From the NCBI GenBank assembly GCA_965220365.1, contig OZ244823.1, positions 3,429,125-3,493,124 on the forward strand: a stretch of 64,000 nt of DNA. The letters run 5' to 3'. Both the position numbers and the translations under genes were made by a program. The DNA comes from Rhodothermales bacterium (GTDB lineage Bacteria > Bacteroidota > Rhodothermia > Rhodothermales > Bin80). Positions 16,211 through 26,674 of this stretch are shown here, piece after piece. Each line of letters opens with the position of its first letter. Position 1 is the first letter of the stretch. Under the pieces are notes generated by a model. The model searched no databases, was not told the origin of the DNA, and worked only from the letters and a program-made list of their open reading frames with translations.

Positions 16211-17851
16211 CTACCGCAACAACACCATTCTTCGCGATGCAACCTGATTCCCGGCGCGTAGCTGGTAGAGATAAGTCCCACCCGGGAGACCATCTGCGTG
16301 AAACCTGATCGTGTATTTCCCGGCAGGTAGATGCTGATCCACCAGCGTGTGTACCAATCGACCAGCTACGTCAAACACCCTAAGGGTAACCGAACTGCTT
16401 TCATTGAGCTCATACTCAATGACGGTTGCCGGATTGAATGGGTTTGGATAATTCTGGTGCAAAACCAGCGTGGTGGGAATTTCATCCGAATGCTCCGTAC
16501 CGGTATACACCGGATCAGCGGGGCTTGCAATGATGTCAAGTAGATCAAATGATTGGCCCAGGACACGTGAGCTGGCCGATTCTCCAAACCCAAACCAGTT
16601 TTGCAATACGGTAGCATAAACTGCACGGAAATCAATCCCATGCCTGAGATTCCCGTGGTCGTCCAGATCCTTCAGCGAAGGAGACTGTCCAAATAAGCCC
16701 CCTTTTGCCCCCGGACCAAACAGAAATAGTGGTGCAGCAGTGCCATGGTCCGTTCCATCAGAACCATTCTCGTATACCCTGCGACCAAATTCGGAGAATG
16801 TCATGACCAGAACATCTTGGCTGAGTTCGCCCAGGTCTCTCAGAAATACATCGACGGTTTCGGACATTGCCCGCAGCAGTGTGGCATGTCTACCATAGAC
16901 ACTGCCCTGAGAACCGTGCGTGTCAAACCCGCCCAGACTAACGTGATATATCTGGGCACCAAGATCTCCTTTGATGAGCCGGGCAACCGTGGAAAGTCTA
17001 TCCGAAAAATAATACGGCTCAAGCTGTGGATACGAAACGGTATTCGCACCCCTGGAAGCAGCTTCCTGAACGGCCTTGCCGTAGGTAAACGCATCATTCG
17101 CAATGCGGCGCATAAATTTAATCTCATTGCCGTACGCATTGTCGGGAGCCTTTTGTTCATCGAATAGCCCCCCCGTGCGAACGAGCCTCCGAAATACTTC
17201 CACATTGGCCATGGTCATGCCCATCGCTTGCGCCTGACCATCAAATAAGCGAGAGGCAATGCCACCAACCTGTACAGCCAGAGGATACTCGCGCGGCTTT
17301 GTCTCGAAATCAGGGAATTGAAACTCCAGTTGCCGACCAATCCACCCGGAGGTGTCCTCTGCTCTTTTCCCTACTCCTGACATCCAGTTATCTGTACCCT
17401 GAAAGTGGGATAAACTTGAATTCTCATACCCCACTCCCTGGATGATTGACATCTGCCCCTCATCGTAAAGCTTGCGCAGCGTGGCCATTGCGGGGTGGAA
17501 TCCCAGTTCGTGGGTAAGTGGTAATGCAACGTGCTTTGGAATCGCCAGCGTTGGCCGTGCACGAAAATATTGATCATCCTCCACGGGGATGATCGTGTTC
17601 AGACCATCATTGCCCCCATCAAGCTGCAGCAGAACTAGAATCCTTTCCGAATCACTCTGGCTGAGCGTATTCAGAACAGAAGAATGTGCCAGCGCATGAA
17701 CCGCGGTCGAGCCGAGGACGACTGCAGAGCCTGCGGTACGCCCCAAAGTACTGAGGAAATCCCTCCGGGACCACTGGCTGTGTTCATCGGTATGCGCACA
17801 GCCATGCTCCAGACAACTCCCAAACCGTTCACTCACATTGTATTTCATCAC
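16211..17851 (-). CDS. DUF1501 (sulfatase-like) protein with a twin-arginine signal and a T9SS C-terminal sorting domain
   Basis: The SRRDFLSTLG...AVHALA Tat-like leader, DUF1501-type core (GGFDTH, TFSEFGRR, GTDHG) and C-terminal NYPNPFNPATVIEYEL...GTYLYQLRAG Por_Secre_tail pattern. Confidence 0.85.
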   Translation of the reverse strand: MMKYNVSERFGSCLEHGCAHTDEHSQWSRRDFLSTLGRTAGSAVVLGSTAVHALAHSSVLNTLSQSDSERILVLLQLDGGNDGLNTIIPVEDDQYFRARPTLAIPKHVALPLTHELGFHPAMATLRKLYDEGQMSIIQGVGYENSSLSHFQGTDNWMSGVGKRAEDTSGWIGRQLEFQFPDFETKPREYPLAVQVGGIASRLFDGQAQAMGMTMANVEVFRRLVRTGGLFDEQKAPDNAYGNEIKFMRRIANDAFTYGKAVQEAASRGANTVSYPQLEPYYFSDRLSTVARLIKGDLGAQIYHVSLGGFDTHGSQGSVYGRHATLLRAMSETVDVFLRDLGELSQDVLVMTFSEFGRRVYENGSDGTDHGTAAPLFLFGPGAKGGLFGQSPSLKDLDDHGNLRHGIDFRAVYATVLQNWFGFGESASSRVLGQSFDLLDIIASPADPVYTGTEHSDEIPTTLVLHQNYPNPFNPATVIEYELNESSSVTLRVFDVAGRLVHTLVDQHLPAGKYTIRFHADGLPGGTYLYQLRAGNQVASRRMVLLR

Positions 17852-17852
17852 A

Positions 17853-19469
17853 TTACATGAGTTGATACTCTGGCAATCCGACTAACCACCTGACATACTC
17901 CATGGTCTGGTATGCAATCCCCTGCCGATTGAGATCCCAACTGTACCAGGGGAAGCCGCGAAGAAAAATGCGGGTCAGGTCCAAAACATAATCGGGGCCA
18001 TTTTGCACTTCATCTGGAATTGGATTGACCATCAGGTCACCGGCAAACTCCGGGGGTGCATCAATGACAATACTCTCAAGCGGTACCGCAAGAAAGAATT
18101 CAGCCAGCGCTACGGGGACTTTGAATACAGCCATCGGATCATTGCTGTCCACCAGCTCACGGGTAATCGTGACCGCGTTCACCTTGAAAGACCCAAATTG
18201 ACCCGGCCACAGTGCCATGGTTAGATTTGACCATCGCTGTGGCAGGGAAGAGGTTGAAATCCAAGTCCGATACCCTGGCCACCCGGCGACATTAGGGGGA
18301 TCCAGCAAACGCTGGGACTGCTGTTCCATCCACCAACGGATCCTATCCCAGCCAGAACGTTCCGGAACCCCTTGCCCGAACGCTCTGAATAATCCAGCAA
18401 ACAGGGCAGCCGGGCTTTTTACCTGTGCCCCGATCACTTCTTCAGAGTAAAAATGTTGACTCGAAAACAGAACTTCTAAAACCGGTGCAATTTCGAAGTC
18501 GTGATCAATAAAACACTGAGCAAGCTCTTCAACAACCGCCTCATGGGGTGTAACGTACACGAATTCCTTATAGAGCTTACTCGCCATGAAATATGCGATC
18601 TGGGTTGGACGCTCCTCAAAAAGTACCCTATGCGCACCCCCGAAATCAAATTTTCCCGTCCTGCCAAGAATGGTTTTCTCTTTGTTGTCCCTTAGACTCT
18701 GTGTCAGACGAGCGGTGAAATACGTGTAGTTAACCTGATAGCCGGTGAGTGCACGTGACAATTCGACAATATCTGTTTGGGTATAATTGGGATTGCCGTA
18801 TCGATCAAACTCCCCCATCGTGAAGAGCTCAAGCAGTTCTCTTGCATAGTTTTCGTTTGGACTTTGCCTCGTACTGAGCCTGCCATCAAGGTAGACCAAC
18901 ATTGAGGGATCAACACCGACCGCAATGGTAAAATCTCTGAAGTTGCCCAGGGCGTGTTTATGAAGCGTGCCCAAGTACTTGTAGGCCAAAATGGAATAGA
19001 AGTACGTATCGCGCTCTGTTGCAAAATGATCATGCCAAAAAAGCATCATTCGATCCCGAAGACCTCCCGTAACCATCTTGGTCATCCAGACCGCCACCAA
19101 CTCTGAAGCCCAGCCAAACTGTTTATCAAAATAGGCCTGCTTATCGGCTTCCGTTCCAGACCAGGGCGGCCGCTCTTCATGCCAGGAAGGAGGGTCGGGG
19201 GCAGAACGTTCCAGGCCTTCCTGAATAATCTGTTTCGTAACCTGGGAAGCCAACTGACCGGTTGCTTCCCTGACCTGTTCAACACTGCCTCCAAATGTGG
19301 CTCTTCGAAACAGGTGTGCGGACTCGCGGAAGGATAGAGGCTGATCGTAAGGATCCAGACCTGCAGTCGTTTGCACCGGTGGTGGCAATGCCATCTTCTC
19401 TGAAGATTTTGTACCACGCTCCTTAAAAAGGTGACGAAAACGACGAGGGGTTTCAAAAAGCGGATCCAA
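17853..19469 (-). CDS. DUF1800 family protein (usual partner of DUF1501)
   Basis: 538 aa, directly upstream of and co-oriented with the DUF1501 gene (1-nt gap). HLFRRATFGG and WHDHFAT motifs are typical of DUF1800. Confidence 0.8.
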   Translation of the reverse strand: MDPLFETPRRFRHLFKERGTKSSEKMALPPPVQTTAGLDPYDQPLSFRESAHLFRRATFGGSVEQVREATGQLASQVTKQIIQEGLERSAPDPPSWHEERPPWSGTEADKQAYFDKQFGWASELVAVWMTKMVTGGLRDRMMLFWHDHFATERDTYFYSILAYKYLGTLHKHALGNFRDFTIAVGVDPSMLVYLDGRLSTRQSPNENYARELLELFTMGEFDRYGNPNYTQTDIVELSRALTGYQVNYTYFTARLTQSLRDNKEKTILGRTGKFDFGGAHRVLFEERPTQIAYFMASKLYKEFVYVTPHEAVVEELAQCFIDHDFEIAPVLEVLFSSQHFYSEEVIGAQVKSPAALFAGLFRAFGQGVPERSGWDRIRWWMEQQSQRLLDPPNVAGWPGYRTWISTSSLPQRWSNLTMALWPGQFGSFKVNAVTITRELVDSNDPMAVFKVPVALAEFFLAVPLESIVIDAPPEFAGDLMVNPIPDEVQNGPDYVLDLTRIFLRGFPWYSWDLNRQGIAYQTMEYVRWLVGLPEYQLM

Positions 19470-19776
19470 TGGATAACCTCATTAAACTGTGAGTAAACAA
19501 ATTTAGGAAATAATCAACCCAAGAACCCAACGCGTAACAGGCGTTGAATATTCTAGAACTGCTACGCATTTGCATGGCCGCGATCTCCGACAGCCTGAAT
19601 ACTGTATGAAACAATCCGATAATGGTTCTCAAACAATGCTGGCCGTTTGCACCATTATACACTTTGGAGTATAATTCCAAACGCCTTCACCAATCCGAAC
19701 AAGAATGACACCCAATTGCTCGCCCCGTAGGCAGCGAATAACTTGCTGGATTACATAGTAGTAATTTCAATAGATC

Positions 19777-20757
19777 ATGGATTACACACGTTTGGGAAAT
19801 ACCGGCATGACAGTTTCTCGGCTTGCACTTGGATGCATGTCATTCGGAGACCGTTCCTGGCAACCCTGGGTATTGAATGAAGAAGAATCCCAGCCATTCT
19901 TCAGGACCGCGATTGAACTTGGCATCAATTTCTTTGATACCGCCGATATTTACTCCCATGGAGTCAGCGAAGAAATCACTGGCCGCGCACTCAAACGCTA
20001 CGCCAACCTGGATGAGATCGTACTGGCCTCCAAGGTCTTTTTCCCGCTTCGGGATGCACCGAATTCCGGCGGCCTCTCAAAAAAAACTATCATTCAGTCA
20101 TGCGAGGCCAGCTTGCGCAGACTTGATGTGGAAACGATTGACCTCTACCAGATTCACCGCTACGATGTAAATACTCCCATCGAAGAGACCCTGGAGGCAC
20201 TGGATATGCTGATTCAGCAGGGCAAGGTGCGCTATATCGGAGCCTCCAGCATGTATGCATGGCAACTGGCCCGGATGCTGGGTGCCGCAGAACTCAATGG
20301 GTGGAGCCGGTTCGTCAGTATGCAGAACCACTACAACCTCCTGTACCGTGAAGAGGAACGGGAAATGATCCCTCTCTGTCAGGAGGAAGGGCTCGCAGTT
20401 CTCCCCTGGTCACCGCTAGCCCGAGGTTTACTGGCCCGCGCAGAATCCCTGCAAGACCCCCTCTCTACCCCTCGGGCAAACAGTGATGTGCTCATGCACG
20501 AGCGCTATACCACTCCTGAGGATGCAGATGTCATCTCCGCTTTACGAGCCCTGGCCGAAAAGCGTGGCGACCCTCCCGCAGAAATCGCCATGGCATGGCT
20601 ATTGTCCAAACCAGGCGTGACCGCCCCGATTGTTGGCGTTTCGAAACTTCCCCATCTGGAGAGTGCTGTTCGCAGTCTCTCACTGGAACTCTCTGCCGAG
20701 GAGATCGCTAAGCTCGAAGCGCCTTATGTACCACACCGCATTCTTGGGCATGAATAA
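19777..20757 (+). CDS. Aldo/keto reductase
   Basis: 326 aa. Matches the AKR pattern: LG.TG..VS.L.LGCMSFG, FFDTADIYS.G.SE, IDLYQIHR.D, GKVRYIGASS. Confidence 0.9.
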   Translation: MDYTRLGNTGMTVSRLALGCMSFGDRSWQPWVLNEEESQPFFRTAIELGINFFDTADIYSHGVSEEITGRALKRYANLDEIVLASKVFFPLRDAPNSGGLSKKTIIQSCEASLRRLDVETIDLYQIHRYDVNTPIEETLEALDMLIQQGKVRYIGASSMYAWQLARMLGAAELNGWSRFVSMQNHYNLLYREEEREMIPLCQEEGLAVLPWSPLARGLLARAESLQDPLSTPRANSDVLMHERYTTPEDADVISALRALAEKRGDPPAEIAMAWLLSKPGVTAPIVGVSKLPHLESAVRSLSLELSAEEIAKLEAPYVPHRILGHE

Positions 20758-20977
20758 GACCACTCTCACAATCCATCGAAGCTCCACGGTCTGCCTCTTC
20801 CCGGAAAGTTTACCACTTCAGGCAGTTCTCCTTACCCGATCTTGCCGATGCGATCACGCAAGGGCTGCATGGACATCTTGATCCGCCATGAGACAGCCTT
20901 CCTGCTCTGCATCAATCTACTCCCGATGGCCATTAACCATCCATCGCATTCGGCAACACATGCAATCTTCTGTGTGC

Positions 20978-22789
20978 ATGTCCATCAGAGTATTCCGCAT
21001 CATTTTGGCTGCAAAGCTGCCGCTGATTCTGTCACTGGGGCTACTTTTGGGGGCGTGCACGCGGAATGCCCCACTCTTTGAACTCATGGGCCCCGAACAA
21101 ACCGGGATTACATTTGCTAATATGCTGACCCCCGCGGAAACCCTCAACACCTATGTCTTTCGCAATTTCTATAATGGAGGGGGCGTTGCCATTGGCGATC
21201 TGAATCATGACGGGCTGGCAGATGTTTTTCTGACTGGTAATCAGGTATCCAATCGACTGTACGTTAACCTCGGCAACTTCCGCTTTGAGGATGTCACGGA
21301 AGAAGCAGGACTGCATTCGACTGGTGCCTGGACCACGGGGGTCAGTATGGTCGACATTAATGGGGATGGCTGGTTGGATCTTTATCTCAGCAAATCTGGA
21401 CCGCCGGGGGGGGGCAGACGTCATAACGAGCTTTTTGTGAATCAACACGACGGAACCTTCGTGGAGATGGCCCATGAATACGGGATCGCGTTCCAGGCCC
21501 TCGGGATCCACGCGTCCTTTTTTGACTACGATGGAGACCGGGACCTGGATACCTACGTTCTGAGTAATCCGGTACGCTCACTGGATGACCTGCAGCCCAC
21601 TCCGAACCTCCGACAGCTTCCTGATCCAGACGGCGGCAACCGTCTTTTGCGAAACGATGACGGGCAGTTCACAGATGTAACCACAGCTTCAGGGATCTAC
21701 AGCAGTAAGATCGGATTCGGACTGGGCGTATCCGCCGCAGACCTCAACAGAGATGGATGGACCGATCTCTACGTCTCCAACGATTTCTTCGAGCGCGATT
21801 ATCTCTACCTGAACCAAAATGGGACGTTCATTGACGCGGGAACTAGTGCAATCCAGACCATGAGCCTCAGCTCTATGGGGGGAGACATCGCAGACTATAA
21901 TGGGGATGGCTGGCCTGATATCTTTATCTCGGACATGCTCCCTGATCTACCCTGGCGCTATCAATCCCGCATTGCATTTTCATCCTGGCCGGCGTATCTG
22001 AAAAGCGTGGCCGACGGGTACCACCACCAAGCAACACGAAATACCCTGCAACTGAACCGGGGGCCCTCGCCCGACGGACAAATACGATTCAGTGAGGTCT
22101 CCCGCATTACAGGACTGGAAAGTACTGACTGGAGCTGGGGAGGGTTGATTGCAGATTTTGATCTGGATGGCCATCGGGATATTTTTGTGCCAAATGGCAT
22201 CTTCAAAGATCTTCTGGATCAGGATTTCATTTCCCGCGCCTCAAATGCTGATTCACTTAGAAACCTCTTTCTTGCCCATGAGCAGCCAATCCTGAAGCTT
22301 CTCGAACAGGTACCCTCGCACGCCCTATCAAACCATATGTTTGCCGGTAGTTCAGACCTCCACTTTGAGGACGTAAGTCAACAATGGGGACTTGCGACTC
22401 CAGGCTTTTCAAACGGAGCAGCCTATGGGGATCTGGATAATGATGGGGATCTGGATCTGGTCATCAACAACGTAAATATGCCTGCATTTATCTACCGTAA
22501 CCATGCGACAGAACACTTCCCTGAACGGGGCCGGCTGCAAATTGAGCTCCATGGAGAAGCACCCAATACCTTTGGAGTCGGTGCGCAGGTGAGCGTGTGG
22601 GCAACCGGGCGCCAGTGGTATACCGAACAATACCTGCAACGTGGATTTCAGTCCAGTGTAGACCCGGTATTGCACTTTGGCTTCACCGGAGGGTTAGACT
22701 CCGTCATTGTCCAGTGGCCGCACGGCGAACGACAACTCCTCACCGATATCGAAAGCAAACGCCGCCTGATCGTTTTGGAAACCCCATGA
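20978..22789 (+). CDS. CRTAC1/ASPIC-UnbV family lipoprotein with FG-GAP/VCBS repeats (paralogue 1)
   Basis: Start moved to MSIRVFRIILAAKLPLILSLGLLLGAC (lipobox). Repeated DxNxDGxxD(L/I)(F/Y) FG-GAP motifs. C-terminal UnbV_ASPIC block (GVGAQVSVWATGRQWYTEQYLQRGFQSSVDPVLHFG). Confidence 0.8.
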   Translation: MSIRVFRIILAAKLPLILSLGLLLGACTRNAPLFELMGPEQTGITFANMLTPAETLNTYVFRNFYNGGGVAIGDLNHDGLADVFLTGNQVSNRLYVNLGNFRFEDVTEEAGLHSTGAWTTGVSMVDINGDGWLDLYLSKSGPPGGGRRHNELFVNQHDGTFVEMAHEYGIAFQALGIHASFFDYDGDRDLDTYVLSNPVRSLDDLQPTPNLRQLPDPDGGNRLLRNDDGQFTDVTTASGIYSSKIGFGLGVSAADLNRDGWTDLYVSNDFFERDYLYLNQNGTFIDAGTSAIQTMSLSSMGGDIADYNGDGWPDIFISDMLPDLPWRYQSRIAFSSWPAYLKSVADGYHHQATRNTLQLNRGPSPDGQIRFSEVSRITGLESTDWSWGGLIADFDLDGHRDIFVPNGIFKDLLDQDFISRASNADSLRNLFLAHEQPILKLLEQVPSHALSNHMFAGSSDLHFEDVSQQWGLATPGFSNGAAYGDLDNDGDLDLVINNVNMPAFIYRNHATEHFPERGRLQIELHGEAPNTFGVGAQVSVWATGRQWYTEQYLQRGFQSSVDPVLHFGFTGGLDSVIVQWPHGERQLLTDIESKRRLIVLETP

Positions 22790-23367
22790 GCAGATTACAT
22801 CTTTCGTTATTATGCTTTCCGATCTTCATTACCGCGGCCTGTGAACAGCCCTCGGAATATGAAACAATGTTGGCTCGTGAGACCACCCGCCCTGATACGG
22901 TTCGTACGCTCTTTTTTAATTATGGACTGGGAATGTCTCGTCAGGCATTCTATGACTCAAGTTGGGCATTGAATCGGCAGGGACTGGTCATCCACGGCCC
23001 CAGTAACATGAATGTCCAATATGATCTCACGGGGCAGTTGCCTCACGAGGCAACCATGCTGTATTATCCTGATTTCAAAGATGATCAAGTCGTTCAGATG
23101 CGTATCCGCATCTCTTATGATGCCTGGGCACCCTGGAATCGGCACCTCTGGTCTGACAGTCTGATTTTTGATGTCCGGGACCTCATGGAAGTATGGTATG
23201 GCGAAGGATTCTTGACTCAGCAGGTTTCCCTGCCACTGATTGGTCCCACGAGTGAGTTTGTCAAGATTGATGCGAACCGGCAGATTACGATTCAGCGCAA
23301 TTCTGACAGCGAAGTACTGGTAAAAATCACCGATCTGCGAGCCCTCCCTCCCCGAGACAATGAATAA
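22786..23367 (+). CDS. Small lipoprotein of unknown function
   Basis: Start moved to the ATG at 22786 (MSRLHLSLLCFPIFITAAC), an ATGA overlap with the upstream gene. The rest of the ORF-track ORF overlaps the CRTAC1 gene out of frame. Confidence 0.55.
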   Translation: MSRLHLSLLCFPIFITAACEQPSEYETMLARETTRPDTVRTLFFNYGLGMSRQAFYDSSWALNRQGLVIHGPSNMNVQYDLTGQLPHEATMLYYPDFKDDQVVQMRIRISYDAWAPWNRHLWSDSLIFDVRDLMEVWYGEGFLTQQVSLPLIGPTSEFVKIDANRQITIQRNSDSEVLVKITDLRALPPRDNE

Positions 23368-26300
23368 ATCGGTATCCATCCTGTTGGCTGTTTTTCTGGG
23401 AGCATGTACCGTAGAGAAGGGACCGCTTTTTGAGCAAATTGATGCAAAAGAAGCAGGGATTGATTTTGAAAATGCTCTCCGATATGAGGACGAGTTCAAC
23501 GTATACCGGTACCGCAATTTCTATAATGGAGGCGGCGTGGCCATTGGCGACATCAACAATGATGGGCTTCCCGATGTGTTTCTGACGGGCAACCAGACCC
23601 CGAATCGCCTCTACCTGAATGAGGGGAATTTTCGGTTTCGGGATATATCCGAAAAGGCTGGTGTCATGGGAACACGCGCTTGGAGTACCGGGGTCAGCAT
23701 GGCCGATATCAATGGAGATGGATTTCTGGATATCTACGTCTGCAACTCAGGAATCATATCTGGAGACGATCGGCGCAACGAATTATATATCAACCAAGGC
23801 GATGGAACCTTCCAGGAACTCGGGCACGCGTACGGACTGGATGATGCCGGATTGTCCACACATGCTACCTTTTTGGATTATGATCGTGACGGCGATGTGG
23901 ACATGTTTCTGGTCAACAACTCGTTTCGAAGCATTATGGATTTCAACCTTGAAGTCAATACACGCCATGTGCCACATACGGCTGGAGGTGATCGGCTATT
24001 TCGTAACGAAGCTCCCGATGCACATTTTACGGATGTCAGCGCAAGCTCCGGGATCTATCGCAGCGAGATTGGCTTTGGCCTTGGTGCCTCTGTCGGCGAT
24101 GTGAACCGTGACGGATGGCCTGATCTCTATATCTCGAATGATTTTTTTGAGTACGACTACCTCTACATCAACAATCAGGATGGGACTTTCTCCGAATCAC
24201 TCCAAAAGAGTATCAAAAGTGTAAGTGCAGCTGCAATGGGAGCCGATATGGCAGATCTCAATGGAGATGGCCATCTGGATATCTTTGTCACAGACATGCT
24301 CCCGGCAACAGATTACCGCCTCAAGACAGTATCTGCATTTGATAGCTGGGAACGTTACAGGGCCTACGTACGTGACGACTACCATCATCAGTTCACCCGC
24401 AATACGCTGCAGATGAACCGGGGCAACGACCTGAACTCCACGGTACGTTTCGCCGAGGTCGGGAGGATGCTTCGTCTACACGCAAGTGATTGGAGCTGGG
24501 GAGCGCTGATCGCCGACTATGACCATGACGGAACACGGGACATATTTGTGGCAAATGGAATCTATCGTGATCTGACCAATGCAGACTACCTGGAAGCGAT
24601 CCGGGATGAAGACACCCGAAGCCTTCTAACCAGCGAAAACTATGTGGATTGGAAAACCCTGATCGAAATGATCCCAGCCCAACCCATCCCGAACCACATG
24701 TTCGCTGGAAACCCTGCACAGCCCTTTGATGATTTCACGGAAGCCTGGGGGCTTTCAGCACCCGGTTTTTCGAATGGCAGCGCCTATGCAGACTTGGATC
24801 TGGATGGAGACCTGGACCTTTTGATCAACAATATTGGGGGAGCACCAATGCTGTTTCGTAACCGGGCAACCGATCAGTTCCCGAACCGTCAATGGCTCCA
24901 GATTTCACTCAAAGGCAGACCTCCCAACACACAGGGCGTGGGCACACAGATCAGCGTCTGGCAAGGCTCCCGACTCTGGTATATTGAACAGCAGCCTGTC
25001 AGGGGATTCCAAAGTAGTGTTGATCCGGTTCTGCACCTCGGGCTTGGGGACGACACGAAAACGCTAGATTCTCTGGTCATCCACTGGCCCAGCGGGGCTG
25101 TGACTCTCCGTGAAAATGTCCGTACAAATCAGCACCTTGAACTTCAGGAGCCTTCGGCCTTTTCTGAATCCGCCCCTGATCCCTTTCCTATGCAATCATC
25201 AAGACAGGACCCACGCCTGATCCCTGTTAATGCAGACTCAATTGGACTGGGGTGGCGCCACCGGGAAAACGTGTTCAGCGATTTTGATCAGCAACCCCTG
25301 CTTTTTCATATGCGCTCAACCGAAGGGCCCGCCATGTGTAAAGGAGACCTTAACGGAGACGGACAACAGGACCTGTATCTCGGTGGAGCACGCGATCAGG
25401 CCGGAGCCGTATTTGTACAAACGGATCGCGGATCCTTTGAACAGATTCCTCAGCCCCTAATGGAAGAGGATGCCACCTCGGAAGATGTGGATTGTGAGTG
25501 GCTGGATATAGACGCAGATGGCGATCAGGATTTGTTTGTGGCAAGTGGCAGTAGCGAACTACCCAGTAGCAGCTCAGCACTGGTGGATCGGCTGTACCTC
25601 AACGATGGCACAGGATCTTTCTCCCGCGGTGAGTCATTGATCGGACTCAGCCCACATGGATTTTTTCCCACTTCAGCGGTCTGCTCGCTGGATTTTGATG
25701 CGGACGGGAACCTGGATCTCTTCCTTGGTGGCCGATTGCAGCCGTTTGCGTACGGGGTTCCCGTCCGTAGCCAACTGCTGAGCAACGACGGAACCGGAAC
25801 CTTCACCGATGCCACCTCCCGTCTTGCGCCCAGCCTCGAGTCCATTGGGCTCATCACCGATGCCGTCTGTGCAGATTTTGATGGAGACAACTACCCAGAC
25901 CTACTCCTAAGCGGAGAATGGATGCCGTTGACTTTATTGAAAAATAATCAGGGGGCCTTTGTGCCAGCAGCCGCAGGGCTGGAAAATACCGTTGGATGGT
26001 GGCAATCGATCCTGATCCTGGATCTGGATGAGGATGGAGATCTGGACTTTATCGCGGGCAATCATGGTCTCAATTCGCGATTCAAGCCTCCTGTAGACAT
26101 GTGGGTCGCCGATTTTGATCGCAATGGGAGCGTAGAGCAAGTTTTTGCCAGAACCATAGATGGGCTGCAACTGCCCTGGCATTTACGTCATGATCTGGTT
26201 GCGCAAATCCCCCATCTGGTTCGGACTTTCCCAACTTATGCATCATACGCTGAAGCCACGATCCATGATATCTTTTCGGAAGAGGAGTTGAGCCGGGCAA

Positions 26301-26674
26301 TACACCTGCGAGCGATTGAACTCCGAAGCATGATCGGGATCAATGACGGAACCGGAAGCTTTACCCTCAATCCCGCACCACAGGAAATGCAACTCTCTCC
26401 TGTATATGGCATGGCTAACCTTCCTACGGCAGATGGACATCTGATTCTGGCTGGGGGCAATCTGCACGAGGTGAAGCCGGAGGCAGGAAGATATGATGCC
26501 AGCTACGGTACTGCGTTCATGGCTCCCTCCATGGAACCGCTGACCTGGCATGCGTCCGGTTTTTTTGTTGAGGGGCAGGTGCGGCAAATCCTGACGATTG
26601 AGGTTGATGGTCGTACCCATGTCATTGTCGCCCGCAACAACGATACGCTCAGCATCTTTACCTATGCGGATTAG
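23360..26674 (+). CDS. CRTAC1/ASPIC-UnbV family lipoprotein with FG-GAP/VCBS repeats (paralogue 2, long form)
   Basis: 1104 aa, LLAVFLGAC lipobox. The N-terminal 600 aa are collinear with paralogue 1, including the UnbV_ASPIC block (GVGTQISVWQGSRLWYIEQQPVRGFQSSVDPVLHLG). A second FG-GAP-rich half follows. Confidence 0.85.
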   Translation: MNKSVSILLAVFLGACTVEKGPLFEQIDAKEAGIDFENALRYEDEFNVYRYRNFYNGGGVAIGDINNDGLPDVFLTGNQTPNRLYLNEGNFRFRDISEKAGVMGTRAWSTGVSMADINGDGFLDIYVCNSGIISGDDRRNELYINQGDGTFQELGHAYGLDDAGLSTHATFLDYDRDGDVDMFLVNNSFRSIMDFNLEVNTRHVPHTAGGDRLFRNEAPDAHFTDVSASSGIYRSEIGFGLGASVGDVNRDGWPDLYISNDFFEYDYLYINNQDGTFSESLQKSIKSVSAAAMGADMADLNGDGHLDIFVTDMLPATDYRLKTVSAFDSWERYRAYVRDDYHHQFTRNTLQMNRGNDLNSTVRFAEVGRMLRLHASDWSWGALIADYDHDGTRDIFVANGIYRDLTNADYLEAIRDEDTRSLLTSENYVDWKTLIEMIPAQPIPNHMFAGNPAQPFDDFTEAWGLSAPGFSNGSAYADLDLDGDLDLLINNIGGAPMLFRNRATDQFPNRQWLQISLKGRPPNTQGVGTQISVWQGSRLWYIEQQPVRGFQSSVDPVLHLGLGDDTKTLDSLVIHWPSGAVTLRENVRTNQHLELQEPSAFSESAPDPFPMQSSRQDPRLIPVNADSIGLGWRHRENVFSDFDQQPLLFHMRSTEGPAMCKGDLNGDGQQDLYLGGARDQAGAVFVQTDRGSFEQIPQPLMEEDATSEDVDCEWLDIDADGDQDLFVASGSSELPSSSSALVDRLYLNDGTGSFSRGESLIGLSPHGFFPTSAVCSLDFDADGNLDLFLGGRLQPFAYGVPVRSQLLSNDGTGTFTDATSRLAPSLESIGLITDAVCADFDGDNYPDLLLSGEWMPLTLLKNNQGAFVPAAAGLENTVGWWQSILILDLDEDGDLDFIAGNHGLNSRFKPPVDMWVADFDRNGSVEQVFARTIDGLQLPWHLRHDLVAQIPHLVRTFPTYASYAEATIHDIFSEEELSRAIHLRAIELRSMIGINDGTGSFTLNPAPQEMQLSPVYGMANLPTADGHLILAGGNLHEVKPEAGRYDASYGTAFMAPSMEPLTWHASGFFVEGQVRQILTIEVDGRTHVIVARNNDTLSIFTYAD

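Noticed and set aside
16198-16260. An expected intrinsic-terminator hairpin just upstream of the intron 5' end. Class C introns usually insert after terminator stem-loops.
   Set aside because: I could not find a convincing GC-rich stem plus U-tract in the 60 nt upstream, so no terminator or target-hairpin claim is made. This slightly weakens the class C assignment.
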